NCBI GenBank assembly: GCA_000165425.1
Contig: CT868041.1
Coordinates: forward strand, 248,001 to 312,000
Length of the DNA stretch: 64,000 nucleotides
Reading direction: 5' to 3'
Source: Paramecium tetraurelia
Taxonomy: Eukaryota
Shown: positions 14,001 through 27,602 of the stretch, piece after piece
Layout of the letters: each line of letters starts with the position of its first letter
How positions within the stretch are numbered: position 1 is the stretch's first letter
Program-made: the position numbers and the translations under genes
Notes under the pieces: model-generated
Told to the model about the DNA's origin: nothing
Seen by the model: only the letters and a program-made list of their open reading frames with translations
Database searches by the model: none

Positions 14001-16281
14001 GCCACAAACATGTGAATTAATACCTACAAATTCACTGCAACAAGGTGTTCCACAGATTCCTTTGAAAACTGTGCAATTACCTCCCTCATATATACAATAC
14101 CCTTTCATTTTATCTATCAATGGCCCCTTCAAAGCATCATAATCAGGTTGCTCCATCTCAATTGAAGCACACACATTAGCATTAATCAATATACTCTTCC
14201 CAGTATACGATGAATTATAATCCAAACAACTCTCATTAAATGTAACATATTAATTCGAACATCTATTCTCTCTAAACAGCCAAGAACACTTTGCACTTGC
14301 TTTGGTAATTGATCTACAAACATCAGGAGTAGGTGAACTAGTCACGCAATCAGAATTCAATAACAATTTATCAGTCTATTTTTTTACGATTGTATTGGCA
14401 GTAATAACTGTGATCTACTTGCATTACCATAAATCCTTATCGTAATAGCAACTTTTTAATTGAATTTGAGCACATGCATAAGCATTTAATCCAGGAAATG
14501 AGCATGACATGGTCTCAGTATTCAAACTATTAACACATCCCTTAGCATTTTTTTCATATCTACAGACTTCATTCCCAGCCTCTACTAAAGCACAAGTGGC
14601 TGGATTTACATATTGCATTTGTAAGCAATATATAGCCTATACGTCATTCTTATGTTTGATCTGCTAGCATTAATTGTTGTACCATCTACACAATTAGCCA
14701 GTGGTTAATACTAGTGCACAACCTATTCTATTCAATCCCATTCCTGTACATTTAATCTCATTTAACAATTAATCATTAACTAATCTACACTATTAAGAAT
14801 TAATATCATAATAGCAACCATCTTCATCAGATTTCAATATTTAAGAACAGGCTATTTGATTTGCAAATCCTAGGTCTAAGCAACTAGTCTGTTCTTATAT
14901 TATTGTAGCTGACTTGCACCCAGAACTGGTCCATTAACAAGCATTTTTTAAGATAGATACACATGCATTTAGATTTAAAAATGGAGTAGTACAAGTGTCA
15001 CTTTCAATAGTCTTTTCACATAAATGAGATCGAGGATTATACTTACATTTGACTCCTGGCTTAGATATGGCTTAGCATATATTGCCATTGAATTTGAATA
15101 AGCTATTTTCATTCTGGATTGGACAATCAATGTCTTAGTTAATAAACATCCCAACACATTCTTCCCCAGTCCATTTACAGAATTGGAATTACGTCTTTAC
15201 ATTAACACAAGCATCTTCATTCAATTCTTCACATGATATTTGACTCAATTGGACTTCATTCAACTATTCACATCTATTATTAATAAAGGTGCAATTATCA
15301 TCCTTTATTGATAAACAACTCAATCTGCTTAGTCCCAAATCATTGCATTTTTAATTGTGTATTGATGGCTTAATACAATTTCCTTCTTTAAATTAACAGT
15401 ATCCTTCTTGAGAGGCACATACACTCGGACTCACATTCACATAATCTTCGCAGGTTTTTAGATTGTCTAAAATTAGAACTTAGCACTTATTCTGTTTCCA
15501 AACACAAGTAATTTTAGAAGATACAATGGCTAAACATGAATCCTTATTGATATAGTCGTCACAACCATTATTCTTAGCACTTTCATTACATTAGTTGTTT
15601 TCAAATATACCTATATATTATGATTATAAATCTTACACTTCTATCCTTGAATTTACAGGCAAGTCTCTTTGTTCAATCCTTCAGTTTTACATCCAAGAGT
15701 GTTCACCTCCGTATCTGAGACATCTTCACATTCATAATCATTTTAGAATAAACCACTTTTGCATTTTACTCCCACAATCAAAGCACATGCACTAGGAGTT
15801 ACTGGTACGTTGTAGGCTGATTTACAATTCTACGCCTCTACGAATTAGCTTTTAATTTCTTGGCAATAAACCCCATCCCAATAACATGTCTTTCCCTTAA
15901 CATTTGCACAGGAGTTTCGATTGAATAATGATGAACATCCTAGGTTTTATAAGTAATGTTCTTTTGCCTCTATACATCTTGTTCCAAAATAACCTTAAAT
16001 ATATTTATTTGATTCTTACACTTCGCTTCGTTCCCATCTATGTTTCTGAGCTAACTCAAACAAGCCCTCTTATTCAGTTACGGACTACATCCTAAATTGG
16101 TGCTTTAGGTAGGCACACAGGCATTTTCAAATACACTAAATTGACCTACTGCTAAGACTAAATAATTACACATAATTCCATCGGTTTTACTAATGCATGA
16201 TAATGGATCCATCGGATAGTAATTGCAAAACATGCAAGCAGAACTGCAAATTAAACTGATTAAAACAATTGATTTTAGCAT
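8067..16281 (-). CDS. Giant (~2700 aa) secreted cysteine-rich repeat protein, surface/extracellular antigen-like
   Basis: Signal peptide MLKSIVLISLICSSAC. Many periodic units such as CSFPGLNAYACAQIQLKSCYYD, CGTTGLSKLGCYLNSTGYC and CxWxxxxC. Ends ..CRWNFEKQQCEFSKSKISRQL-TGA. Not every codon was checked. Confidence 0.8.
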
Positions 16282-16402
16282 TTTTTTTTTTATTAATGAA
16301 TTACTGTATCAAAATGGGAAGATTTAAGCTGAATTTTTACTTTATTTATCAATGAATTAGATAATAATACTTAAATAATAAAATTTCAAAAATTAATTTA
16401 AA

Positions 16403-18563
16403 TCAATACATAATACCTTAAAAATAGTATTAATATTTGTCATACCAATTAGCCCTCCAGTTTCCTCTACTCAAATCGATTAATCTTTCATATTTACTAT
16501 AAATATATACTTTTGACATTGCACATACAATTGTGAATCCGAAAGATCATTTGATAAGAATCTCCTCTCCAACTCAATTAGAGTGTTTCCCTTAAAACAG
16601 CTCAAATTTGAATTCTCCATCATTTTTACTAGCAACATTATTTTGTCCTTGTGCTTTCTGATTGCCTTGAATCCTTCAAAGAACATCTTCCTAAACCTCT
16701 TAAACAAATTGGAGTTGTATCCACCCAATATCTGCATATATTCCTCTGTCAACTTAAAGGGCACATCCTTTTCCAAGCTCCCCTTTGGAGCATGAGATAG
16801 AAAAAATCCAAAATCTACATGAACTATGTAACCATCTCTATGTAACAAAATATTGCCATTATGTCTATCTTTGATTTATAAAAAATAACAGACCAGACTA
16901 TATGCAACTAAACTGTTTAAAAAATTGGATATCATGGCTTGAGATGAGTTTAAGCTAATTATTATAATTAAATACTTAAAATACGAACTCAAACACTTAA
17001 TTTGTAGTATATCATTTAGTTTTTTTTTAATCGAATCTATGGATAGGGCATCCTTCACTACTTCTATTAAGCCATAGCCAGGTCCTAAAGATATCACTTC
17101 GTAAGTTGTCAATTATAATTTCAATTATTCAATTTTAAAAATCTAATCAAAAGTCGAGATTAATTGCATTGCGAATTACTCTTATCTCAAATCATCTCCA
17201 GATTTAACAATGAGGTGTACTAATTTCCAAGATTTGAAATTTCTAAAAGGAGAATTACTTCTAATTCTATCTGAATTATCACAACCAAAAATAGAATCAG
17301 CCAATTCTTTTTTTGACATCTTATTTAATTATTTGGATGAGTTAGCCTAGATTGATACTAAACTATTTAAATCCTCATAGTAAGAGTGTGAGACATCATT
17401 ATCCTTCAGGATATTACTGAATTGTGTCAAATCCTGCTAACTATCCTCAACTTCCTCTTCTTCTTCTACAATTTTACATAGATAGGTAGGTCTATTTCTT
17501 GTACAATCTTAGGTTTCATTGTTTTCAATGCTATTCTTACTTTCCATTTTCCCTACTGTTTTTGGAATAGACATGCGACTATTTCTTAGTGGATTAGGAA
17601 TTAATTCGGCTTCTTCTTCAGGCCTATAGATTTCGAGACATAAATAAAATGGCGATCTACATTTTGTAGCGAATACTTTGCATTCATCAACAACTATATT
17701 AAGTACAACATAACTTCTCACTCCCTAAAATGGTACATAAACAGCAGCAGGCAAGCCTCTATTTATTTTTTGGATATCTGCCTTGAGAGATATTATTTTG
17801 GGATCTGCCAAATGTAAACTAGAATCTATAAAGTATATTTACTTCTAGGAAATATATATGATATCATCCCAAAAATCTATATTAGAACAGAACCCTGAAG
17901 ATTTAGCTTCTCTAAATATAGATTCATAATTAGCCAAATGTAATGTATCATCAAACACATGAGTTGAATAAAATAATGTGCCATATGCTTGAATTCTGTC
18001 AGGTAATATATTTGTTTATTGTACAATAGGCATCCCTTTAGAAATCTGTTGTTCTATGCCTTAATTGAATTAATGGTTCTCTTAATAAGCAGCTATTAGG
18101 AGAGTCTTTTTGTAAACTCTATCTAATGTTGATAAAAATAGTCTCAAATAATTTTCAATTTCTGGAGAGTTATCATTCACAATGGATCTCCAAGCAAAGA
18201 AGAATGTATGAGCAAAGAAGAAATCTACCTCAGCAGCCTTAAGAATAAAATTAAGCACATATTCCAACTATTTATATAATATTTGGTTGATTAGTTGAGG
18301 AATAAAGTACTCTAAATCATCTCGAAATTACAGTAAGACTAAATTTGGGTTCAGTTTACAGCGAGACAAAGCGTAAAGTGCATTCTAGCCTCTGTAAATC
18401 ATTTCCAAGATTACTTATGCCGATACAATCTCATCATCTATCTCTATGTGTGAGAACATTGTCCTAAAATCAAATCCATATTTTACATAGTTTTTTAATA
18501 GGAACCCCCAAAGCAGCCGCACCCTATTTGAGAAGATGTTGGTTAATCTTTGAATTTGGACAT
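16403..18563 (-). CDS. PI4KB: Phosphatidylinositol 4-kinase, type III beta (Pik1-like)
   Basis: Motifs LEYFIPQL, INRGLPAAVYVPF, HLIVKSGDDLRQEQFAMQLI, QIKDRHNGNILL, VHVDFGF, VPFKLTEEY. C-terminus WYDKYQYYFQGIMY-TGA. Confidence 0.92.
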
Positions 18564-18583
18564 ATTTTATATTAATTATTAGA

Positions 18584-20763
18584 ATGAATAATTCATCAAC
18601 TTCTAATTCTAGATAATCTGCCCAGAACATCATTAACAAATATGAACAAAATAATAATAATGAAGATAGATTTACATTTTAAGTTAGGCCCAACTCACCT
18701 AGAGAGACTTTCGGAAAATAAGCATAACCCAGGAATGGCTAAGTTCAAATTCTAAGAGAAATTGATCAGGCCAATCTCTCAAAGATGCTTAGTGACTTTT
18801 CCATTGTTTCAGAATAGGAAGAATCCATGTGCCAAAATCAATTTAACAACCCTATTGGAATCGGTATAATCTATCTCCATTCTTAGTTTAACCTACATAG
18901 GTAATATAATAAAAACAATAAGAGCAAGCACAAGAGAATTAGAGTTATCGCGGAACCTTCGGCAAGAATCCATACTTTTAGCCTAAGGCTGAAGTTACTG
19001 AAATCATCGAAAAAAGCTACTTAGAAGAAGAACTCTATGATGACATGTCTGTTTTAAAAGATAAAGTGATGGGATTGCTACAAGCCTATGCAGATGATCT
19101 AAAGAAATCAAACCATGATCCTAACATTAAATCTAAAATCTAAGTTGATGCAAAACAGGTTTTGAAAGAGTATTCCTAAATTATTGAAAAGGTGAATCAA
19201 TCTGAAATATCCTAATTGAATGTGTCTCAAAATCAAGTTAAAAAAGTATTCTATATCCATTAACTTCATTAAGGAATCAGAATTAAACTTGATGGGCAAT
19301 TTGGTAGCTGAATTCTTGAATAAATTTGAGATGCAAAAACAGCCTGTTCTTAATGTCTCATAGGTTTTGGAACAAAAGTTAGCTAAATCAAGAGTTCAAA
19401 ATACTAATCAACAATTAGAACTTACAGTTATGCATTAAATTCCTTGTGATGAAACATTTTATCAACATGATTAGTATAATGATGATAAATTAGAAATCAA
19501 AATTCAAAAACTTAGGTAGATGCTCTAGGATGAACTTGATAAGCAATAACTAGTTTATTCTAAAAAAATATTATCAGATATGATATCAAATTTGAATTAA
19601 ATCTTAATCGCCAATGATGCCTAAACTGTTAAAACCATCATATATAAAATTGAGAATATGATTAAATAATTGCCATAAGAAGATTGCGGATCTATCTAAC
19701 TCTATGATTATATGGCCAAAGCCATGAAGGCAACCAAAAGAAGAATCAAATAGATGGATCCACAGAATTAGTAATAAGAAAAAACACTCAAAAGAAAGTT
19801 TTTTGATCTTGCCACCCAACTAAAGAATAAATTACCGTAAGATCATCCAGGGAGAAACGAAATGATATCGGTGCTTTACGATCTTTATTGTTAGGCAAAT
19901 AAACCAGAACAAATGGAGGAATTCATTACAAATCAATTGAATTTAGCAAAATGATATTTATTATTTATATGAACAACCAATTTTAATCTCACTAAGGCAA
20001 ATAATAGTTTAAGATCAAATCTTATTTACAAGGCAGAGTATTGAAAGCCAAAAAATTGAACAACAGCTTTCTCTTCCACAATCAAAGATCGATAGCGTTA
20101 CTCAAAACTGGAATGCTGGTTTATTATTCTAAGTGTGTCAAATCCCCCTAAGAAAATGCTGATCTTATGAAATCAAAACCTAAATATGGAGTGTATTTTA
20201 ACAATGCGCTTTATTCCTGTGTTAAAATATCAAACCAAGAAGTTGAATTAATTGTAAAGTTTAAAAAATCTTAACTATACAAATTCGATGATAATTTGAT
20301 CAATTATGTAGAAGAGCCTAGATCCTAGGATATAGTTCTTTGGATCTTTGTCATTCAAATGGATTAGTTACTTTCAAAAAATAATTGTGATATTAATAAA
20401 GGTCGTGACAGTTTGAATTCTTTATAAAACTTCCAGGGGTTTTGCTTTGATGAAAGAACACAAAAAAGTAATTACTACTAAGCAAAGACAGAGAAAACAT
20501 CAATTGAATAAAGAATTAATACAAATGATGTCAAAATTAAAAAAAGGGTTCAATGGCTTGATAATTTTACTTAATAATAAATTGTGGAATAAAATTCATA
20601 AAATTTTATCCTAGAATAGAATATTTAGAATACTTAATAAAAATAATAAGAAGATGAATGGGAAATAAATCAAGAGAATACGGATCTCTCTGTAAAGAGT
20701 ATTTAAATCAGAATGGGCTCTTTTTCATTAAATGGATCCAGTAAAAACAATAAGTTAGAGTGA
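18584..20763 (+). CDS. Hypothetical protein, partly coiled-coil
   Basis: Code-6 frame from ATG (MNNSSTSNSRQSAQ..) with micro-intron(s), ending ..SKNNKLE-TGA. No motif recognised. Confidence 0.7.
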
Positions 20764-21366
20764 ATATTTCTTCATATATTTAACAATCTAATCTTCTTTG
20801 TGATATTCTTTCATAATTACTATTCTATATTAAAATATAATTGTATCTTTGAATATTAGCATTATCTTTATAAAATAGAATGATTTATTTAGTTTCATAT
20901 GAGTAATTGAGTTTTTATAAATTAAATAAATGCCTTACTTGATTAAATTTTCCCAATTGATAACTATGCGACTATTTGGTTGTAACTTATAGAAGATATT
21001 CTCTCTAAAGGCATGTGGAGTTTAGTATTTTTTTGATAATATTTACAATTTAATTTAATTAAAATTAAAATTATTATAAAATCAGAAACTATACATTTCG
21101 TAATTGAAATAGATGAGTCTCAAGAATTAAGGCCTTCAAAATAAGGTTCTTGATTATTAAATATTTTTTGAATTGATTCGATTATTATTCAATTATTAGT
21201 ATAGTGTTTAGTTCATAGATATTATAATTTTTCGATAAAGATGATAACATAATTAAACACATTAAATTAAGTCAGATTCTATCCAATTCAATTCTAATTA
21301 CTACTTATTAATTCCTTGAAAATTCATGAATTATGTGATGAATTAAAATATCTATATTATAATTAA

Positions 21367-22113
21367 ATGGGTCAATAGCAGTCAATTTAAAAAAATTTCT
21401 TTTGGCCTAGCAAAGGTGAAATTGAAGTTTGGACTGTCCAATAGTTAAAAGTTTATTTAATTTTAATAATCAAGATCCTTTCAGAAGCAGATTCAAGATT
21501 ATCAGAATAACAGAATGAGTCTTAGGTCCAACATCCGGTTTAATACTCGTTAACTTGGATAACCAAATCTAATTAAATTTTATTTACAGTCACTAGAAAA
21601 TCTGATAATGGTAAAGTGAAATTTATTGTCGATTAAGGAACTGGGAAACTAATAAGTATATTTTAAGTTTAAAACTTAGAAACTGAATACATTCAACTTG
21701 AAAAGGATGAGATTTCAATTTTCGATGAATTGTCGCCTTAAACTATGTGGAAATGTTGGGTTGAGATCTGGCAAAGTTAACCAAAAAAGAATGATTATAT
21801 ACTCAACAAATTGGAGAGCTAAGAAAATGCCCAATCTGAATGTCTCAAAGGCTCTGTGTTCAACCCAATAGTGAAATTATATCGAGAACGAAAGGAATAA
21901 GTGCAATTCATAACCAGACAATTGTTTTATACCAATTAAAATGATAATGCTAAATCAAGCAAATACAAAATAAATATGTAATTCTGTAAATCATAAATTT
22001 GGATGTTTAATTGGGATCTTAAAGAGAAGGTAGTTCCTTAACCCTGCTTTTTGGAACTACAAGATAAATTATAATCAGACTCTTTATCATTTTATCAATA
22101 TACTTTAAATTGA
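21367..22113 (+). CDS. Hypothetical protein with N-myristoylation-like start (MGQQQS)
   Basis: Open code-6 frame with one or two candidate micro-introns, ending ..FYQYTLN-TGA. Confidence 0.72.
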
Positions 22114-22151
22114 GTATCAACTAGTAATTATAAAAACACAACTGATATTTT

Positions 22152-23247
22152 TCAATAAGCAAATATTCCTCCACTTAGATTATTTATTGTGAAGGGATTA
22201 ATAAGACATCTATTTGACCCGATAAAAGATTGCATTTCCCCCTTAAAATCAGGGGAAGAATAGAATTCTATCCTTGTGTGTCTTGGAATCTACATTTAAA
22301 TAATATTTACCTAGATTGATCTTACAGTCATTCTTGATAATTGAGGAGGAATTGTGGGAAATCTACCACAAAGTCTTATGGCTCTTCCTTAATAATTACA
22401 TTCTTCATAAGCATAGAAGCAAACATCATCAACATCTAAAAATATTATTTAAATCACTTTATTCTAAATTAGCTTTCTTAGGCTTTGTAGATTTTGTATC
22501 ATCTTCAAACAAGTATTCTCCCCTATATCCATCTCCTCTCAATAATTCTCTTACAACTTTTCCTAAATCTTCATCAGACAAATTTTCTATTATTTTTTCG
22601 CCTTATTCATCTTGATATTGTTCATCCTAATTTTAATTTCCTTCACCACCATCTTCGCCTCCCTCGTCCCAATTCACTTCTTCAAATTATTATTCATCTT
22701 CTCCACCTGCTCCTTCTTGATTATCATAAACTACATTGCTATCCTCTCCTTTATTTTCATCGTCATTATCCTCAGAATTGTTCTTATTAGAGTTTTTGTT
22801 TTTTTTGGATTCGTTTTCTGTTTCATTATCATCTTAAGACATATGATTGTTTTATTATTTGTTTTTATTTTCATTTTAAGATTTCTCCTCATCTTTAGTT
22901 CCTTTTGAATTATCATTCTAGTCACCATCATCGCTCTTTGAACTTTTACTTTTTTATTCATCTCGTTATTATTATTCTTCTTCATCACTTTTACCCTTTT
23001 AATCTGATTTTTCATTGGAATTTTAGTCTTCACCCTTATCCGACTTTGATTCTTATTCTTAATGGCCCTTACTTGATTATTGAGATTTTGTATTTAGTTT
23101 ATTTTCTGCAAAAATTTGAGGTTTATACTTTATATTTATGGCATCCTCTTCTTTCATGATTTCTAATCCTAGTAACAAATCGTCGTCTTCATTTGCATTA
23201 CAAAAAAACAAGCAGATGAACCCTATTAATATTATTACTCGTTTCAT
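22152..23247 (-). CDS. Secreted acidic protein with C-terminal beta/gamma-crystallin domain (dense-core granule/trichocyst-type)
   Basis: Signal peptide MKRVIILIGFICLFFCNA, long D/E/K/Q-rich middle, then Greek-key motifs CFYAYEECNYQGRAIRLC..SIQIPRHTRIEFYSSPDFKGEMQSF. Confidence 0.8.
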
Positions 23248-23746
23248 GCAATTTATAAATATTAATACTTATTAATTATTTTTAGTCTGAAGAAAAAATT
23301 TATTATTATTAGTTCTCTAAAATCCAAAAATCTAAAAGATGTTTCGACATAAAATTTTAAACTTTAACATTGATTTTAAACAATTCCAAATTTATGTATA
23401 ATTGCTTTATTTATTAATATTTCTAATAAAAGTATATAGTGCTTTAAATTATTTGACAATGCATTTATTCCAATCACAATCTTTGTTATTTATTATTTTC
23501 TTTTCAATTATTATAATCTCACTTTATACCAATTGAAAAATATCATTCTAATATATACAATGGACATATCAATATTTATATATCAAATAAACTATGAAAC
23601 AATATTATATATTAAAGGGAAAGTCTTTAAATTACCAATTCTAAAATATATTAATACTCATAAGTTTATTTATTGTATTTGAGAATGTTTACACAGAATA
23701 TTAAATAAATAAATAAATTAATATAGCTTAGTTTAAATCCGTTAAA

Positions 23747-24268
23747 ATGAATTCCCTCACTTAATTCTAACTCCTATTAACGAACAAAACTTCAAATACG
23801 AAAATGTTTTTGACGCGTTAACAAATTATTGATAAAGTAAAAAAAGAGAAGGAGCTATAACTAATTTAAAGTAACAGAATTCAAAACAAAAAAATTTCTA
23901 AACCTTAATCAGTTATGAAAGTGTCTGTAACGAAATCATCTACGCAAAAATTATCTTAACAAAAGAAAACATTTAGTTGCTCTAAGTTTTAGATTAATGA
24001 GTTAGTTCCTGATTATGAACTAATATGCAAAAACAGTAATAAATCATTATAAAATCCGTAATCAACATTAAATACAGATTATTTCAACTTTGTTAACACT
24101 AAAGCAAAAGCAGTAAAAGATTTATAAGAAAGAAGAGATGAATTTTAGTAGATTGAATTAAACTCTTCATAAATTTTATCAGGATTAGGTTAGTATTAAT
24201 AGATGAAAAATGAATTAATGAAATCTTTTTTAGATATAGAATAAATGCTATTAAGAAAGACACATTGA
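23747..24268 (+). CDS. Hypothetical protein (173 aa, intronless)
   Basis: ATG to TGA open in code 6 (MNSLTQFQLLLTNK..MLLRKTH). Confidence 0.65.
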
Positions 24269-24313
24269 TAAATAATAATTAATATTGTTTAATATTATAC
24301 TTCATTAACATTT

Positions 24314-25971
24314 TCATAGTTTTTACTTTTCTATGAAGCCTTATAAATAGTTGTCTACTTCTGGTTTAATAATTGAAATTACTTCTGTTGAAAAGCTCAT
24401 TACAAAATCATCCAAGTACTAATTGGAAATATTTTATGATATTGCTAACTCGTCGTGATTTTAAAATTTCACTTAACTATTTTAACTAGGTTAATGATGA
24501 CTTTGAAAGTTGGTTAGAAATGAAGATATATAATCTTTAACAATTTCTTCAATTATTTCTAATTCAACTTTATTATTAATAGATTATTTTTGTATATTTT
24601 CTTATTTGAGATGAGCATTATCATTTTTGATTATAATATTTTATTCTTGAAATGATGAGTTTTGGATTTATTATTTATGATCTACAACAAAATCTTAATT
24701 TTCAAGCTAATCCTTAGATTTTGTCTCTATTTTTTCATCTTTTATAATTAGTTCACACTAACATCCAAAATCATGTTTTTTTATTTCATTTTTGCAAATT
24801 ACCTATTCATTTTTAAGAGTAAAGATTTGCAATTCTTTTTTAGGCTTATCAATTCTAAATTATGAAAATTAATACTTTTATACTGCATCAACTTTTTTAG
24901 GAGGTTAGTGATAATCAAATATAGAGACTGACTTTATAATGGATAACATCTTAATATTTTGTTTATCTTTCTCATTTTTAGTTTTTAACTCCTATTCGAT
25001 TTGTTGTAAATTCTATTCAAGTGACTGCTTCTCTTATATCAGTTCATTAATATTTTCTTATTGTTCTTGTAATTGATCTTCTATGTATTTTGATTCCTCC
25101 TTTAATTTCTAATTTTCAGCTTCTATAAGTTTACTTGATTATTACTAAATAATACATAACATTTTATTTTGCTTATAATTGGGAATTCAATTATTCGATA
25201 TTTTAGAAATAAGAATTTAACTTAAGTTAGTTTTGTTATTGAACTTTAGTTAATTCTAATAATTTTTTATCTTTCTCTTATAGCTGTTAATTAAATTGTT
25301 GTTAGATTGTCTTAATGTCATCATTTTGATTTTCATTTTGATTTAACTATTTTCTATAAGACGATGGCTAGTTTCCTTTCATCAACTACTCTTATTATTT
25401 CTTTCCAATAATCTAAAGTTTTTCGAGCTCTCTCTGTAAGTTATCATTTAATAGCTTTAGTTTATTAATCTCTCCCTTCTACTCCTAGATTTTAGATAAA
25501 TAACTAATAATCTAATTTTTCTTCGGTTCAGATCCTCTTGGCAAAGCTTCTTCAAGAAATGATCTCAAACGATTAATTTCTTCTTCATATTGTTGAATTT
25601 GAAGTTGAAAATCTCTTGGTATATTTTCAGCCAATCTCTACTAGAGTTAAACTTGTTATTTGAGGATGTCAATTTCATTTTGCTATAATTTGATCTTGTG
25701 TTAAAAGGAAGTAAACAAAGTAAAATGGTCCGATTTTTTTCTGGTAAAGAGATCTGATCTTGTCATTTGATTATCATCACCGATATCATTGTTATTTGGT
25801 TAAACCTATTTAATATTGCATAGCATAAATTATCTATACCTTTAGTTTTATAGTTTTGGTTAAAGATTATTTTTAATCTGAAGGTCTATTAGGTGATAGT
25901 TTCTGTTCTAAAATTTCTTCTTTGTTCCTGGCAGACAGCTTTTAGGCTTATGCACTTTTTGGTCGTTTCAT
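24314..25971 (-). CDS. Coiled-coil hypothetical protein
   Basis: Starts MKRPKSAQAQKLSARNKEE, Q/E/K-rich heptads, ends ..NYLQGFIEKQKL-TGA. Confidence 0.7.
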
Positions 25972-26050
25972 AATGTATTAATATATATTAATATTTATAT
26001 TATTATTTCTGAAAAGTAAATATTAGTAACTATAACATATTATTCTCAAA

Positions 26051-27347
26051 TCACAAAAATAGATCTTAACTAAAGTTAATTGTTGAAGCATGATTGTAGT
26101 GAGAAAGTTAATACTTTTTAATAAGGGATGGAAATGGTTAACTAACTTCATCCAAAAACCAAATTTAAATTAACTCCTTTGTTAATTTGCTAATTTGATT
26201 AGAATCAACCTAATAGCTAAAAGTTATAATTTTACCTTTAAAATTGAAGAATCAATCTTTTTGTTCGAGATCTTTCCAACAATATTTAAAATAGTGCCTA
26301 CTATTAAGAATGGGTCTCCATTTGCAAATCCATAACTAAATGAAGCCAACTATATCAGATATCAACTAATTAAATTTATATAATCAACCTAATTTAATCA
26401 TCTACTTCGGCAATATGTTCAAATATTCTAAGTGGTGATATGAAAGATAGATTAAAATTGATATTTTACAGAATCTAGCCTTCTGCCTTCAAAATATCTT
26501 CTTTGCTATAAACTTCATCACACAACTTAGATAATTAGCCACTTTTAGGAACCCCATAAACTTCTTGATATTTTGATGCAATAAATAAGCAAGCAATTCC
26601 AAATAGTTGAAATCTATTTTTTTAAACTAAATGAGTTTCAATAAATCTTATTTATAAATTTCTACATACTTGTCAATGAGCCATACAGTGAGCAGGAGGG
26701 TTTCTAATTGTAACTTTAATTTATGATGAACCTCAAAAAGCCAATTAATTAGAACATTTCTCATTTTTAGAGTTATTTAACTTTATGAATAAAATGCATT
26801 ATATGAGATAGCATTTTACTATTGTTCTTATTACTTTTGATTAAGTTCTTCTAGATAATTAAATATATCTTATTTGTAAACCTTAACTAATTATGGATTA
26901 CCATAATTTTCTGTTGATGTAAATTTGTCTAATCCTTTTGTAACTAAATCTAGAAATAAAGAATACTCTTTTACATTTGTTGCTATTTGGCAATGATATA
27001 GAAGCATTAACATTACTATTATTCTGGGCTTAATTGATGATAGAAATTTAGATGTTGGTTAAACTTCTGTTTTTTAAAGTTCTCTAGATATGCTAATATT
27101 AGTCGGTTTTTTGTCTAGGCATTTCATAACTAATATGTCTTTGATCCTCTCTTTTCCCATTGTCTCTTGCAACTTGCGGTTTATTCCATTTTGAGACTCG
27201 AATAACTCTAGGTTTAACATTTTGTTGAGATAGCTCATCCTTTATATACAGAGTAGATTAAACTCTGGTTTATCTATTTTAAACAAATTAAAAGTTTCTA
27301 TTTTCTTTATTTGCTTCTAGCATTTTCAAAATATTCACAGATTTCAT
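26051..27347 (-). CDS. Cyclin (A/B-like cyclin box)
   Basis: Cyclin box ITLKMRNVLINWLFEVHHKLKLQLETLLLTVWLID..FQLFGIACLFIASKYQEVY..DILKAEGQIL. KEN near the N-terminus. Alternative start at 27323. Confidence 0.9.
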
Positions 27348-27602
27348 CGTTGTTATTTTAACGACTATATATATTATAATAAATAAAAATTGGCGAAATA
27401 TAAAATATGTAGGTGTAATGGAATTAAATGATGCATAAAATAAAATGGACAAAAATACAATAGATTTGGTTTATTTGATTAGAAAGAAAACAAAAAATAA
27501 ACTGTTCGGATTAATTTAAAAATTTATGAATAGAGGATACTAAAACATTTTTCATTGTATTAAAATCTACTATTAATATTAGAATTATAATTAGAAACGA
27601 TT

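Noticed and set aside
20870..21160. Coding-like fragment (LDQIFPIDNYATIWLQLIEDILSKG)
   Set aside because: It is too short and has no supportable start; at most it is a relic.
22316..23159. Cluster of overlapping track ORFs with hydrophobic or His-rich translations
   Set aside because: These are antisense or off-frame shadows of the low-complexity acidic region of the crystallin-domain gene.
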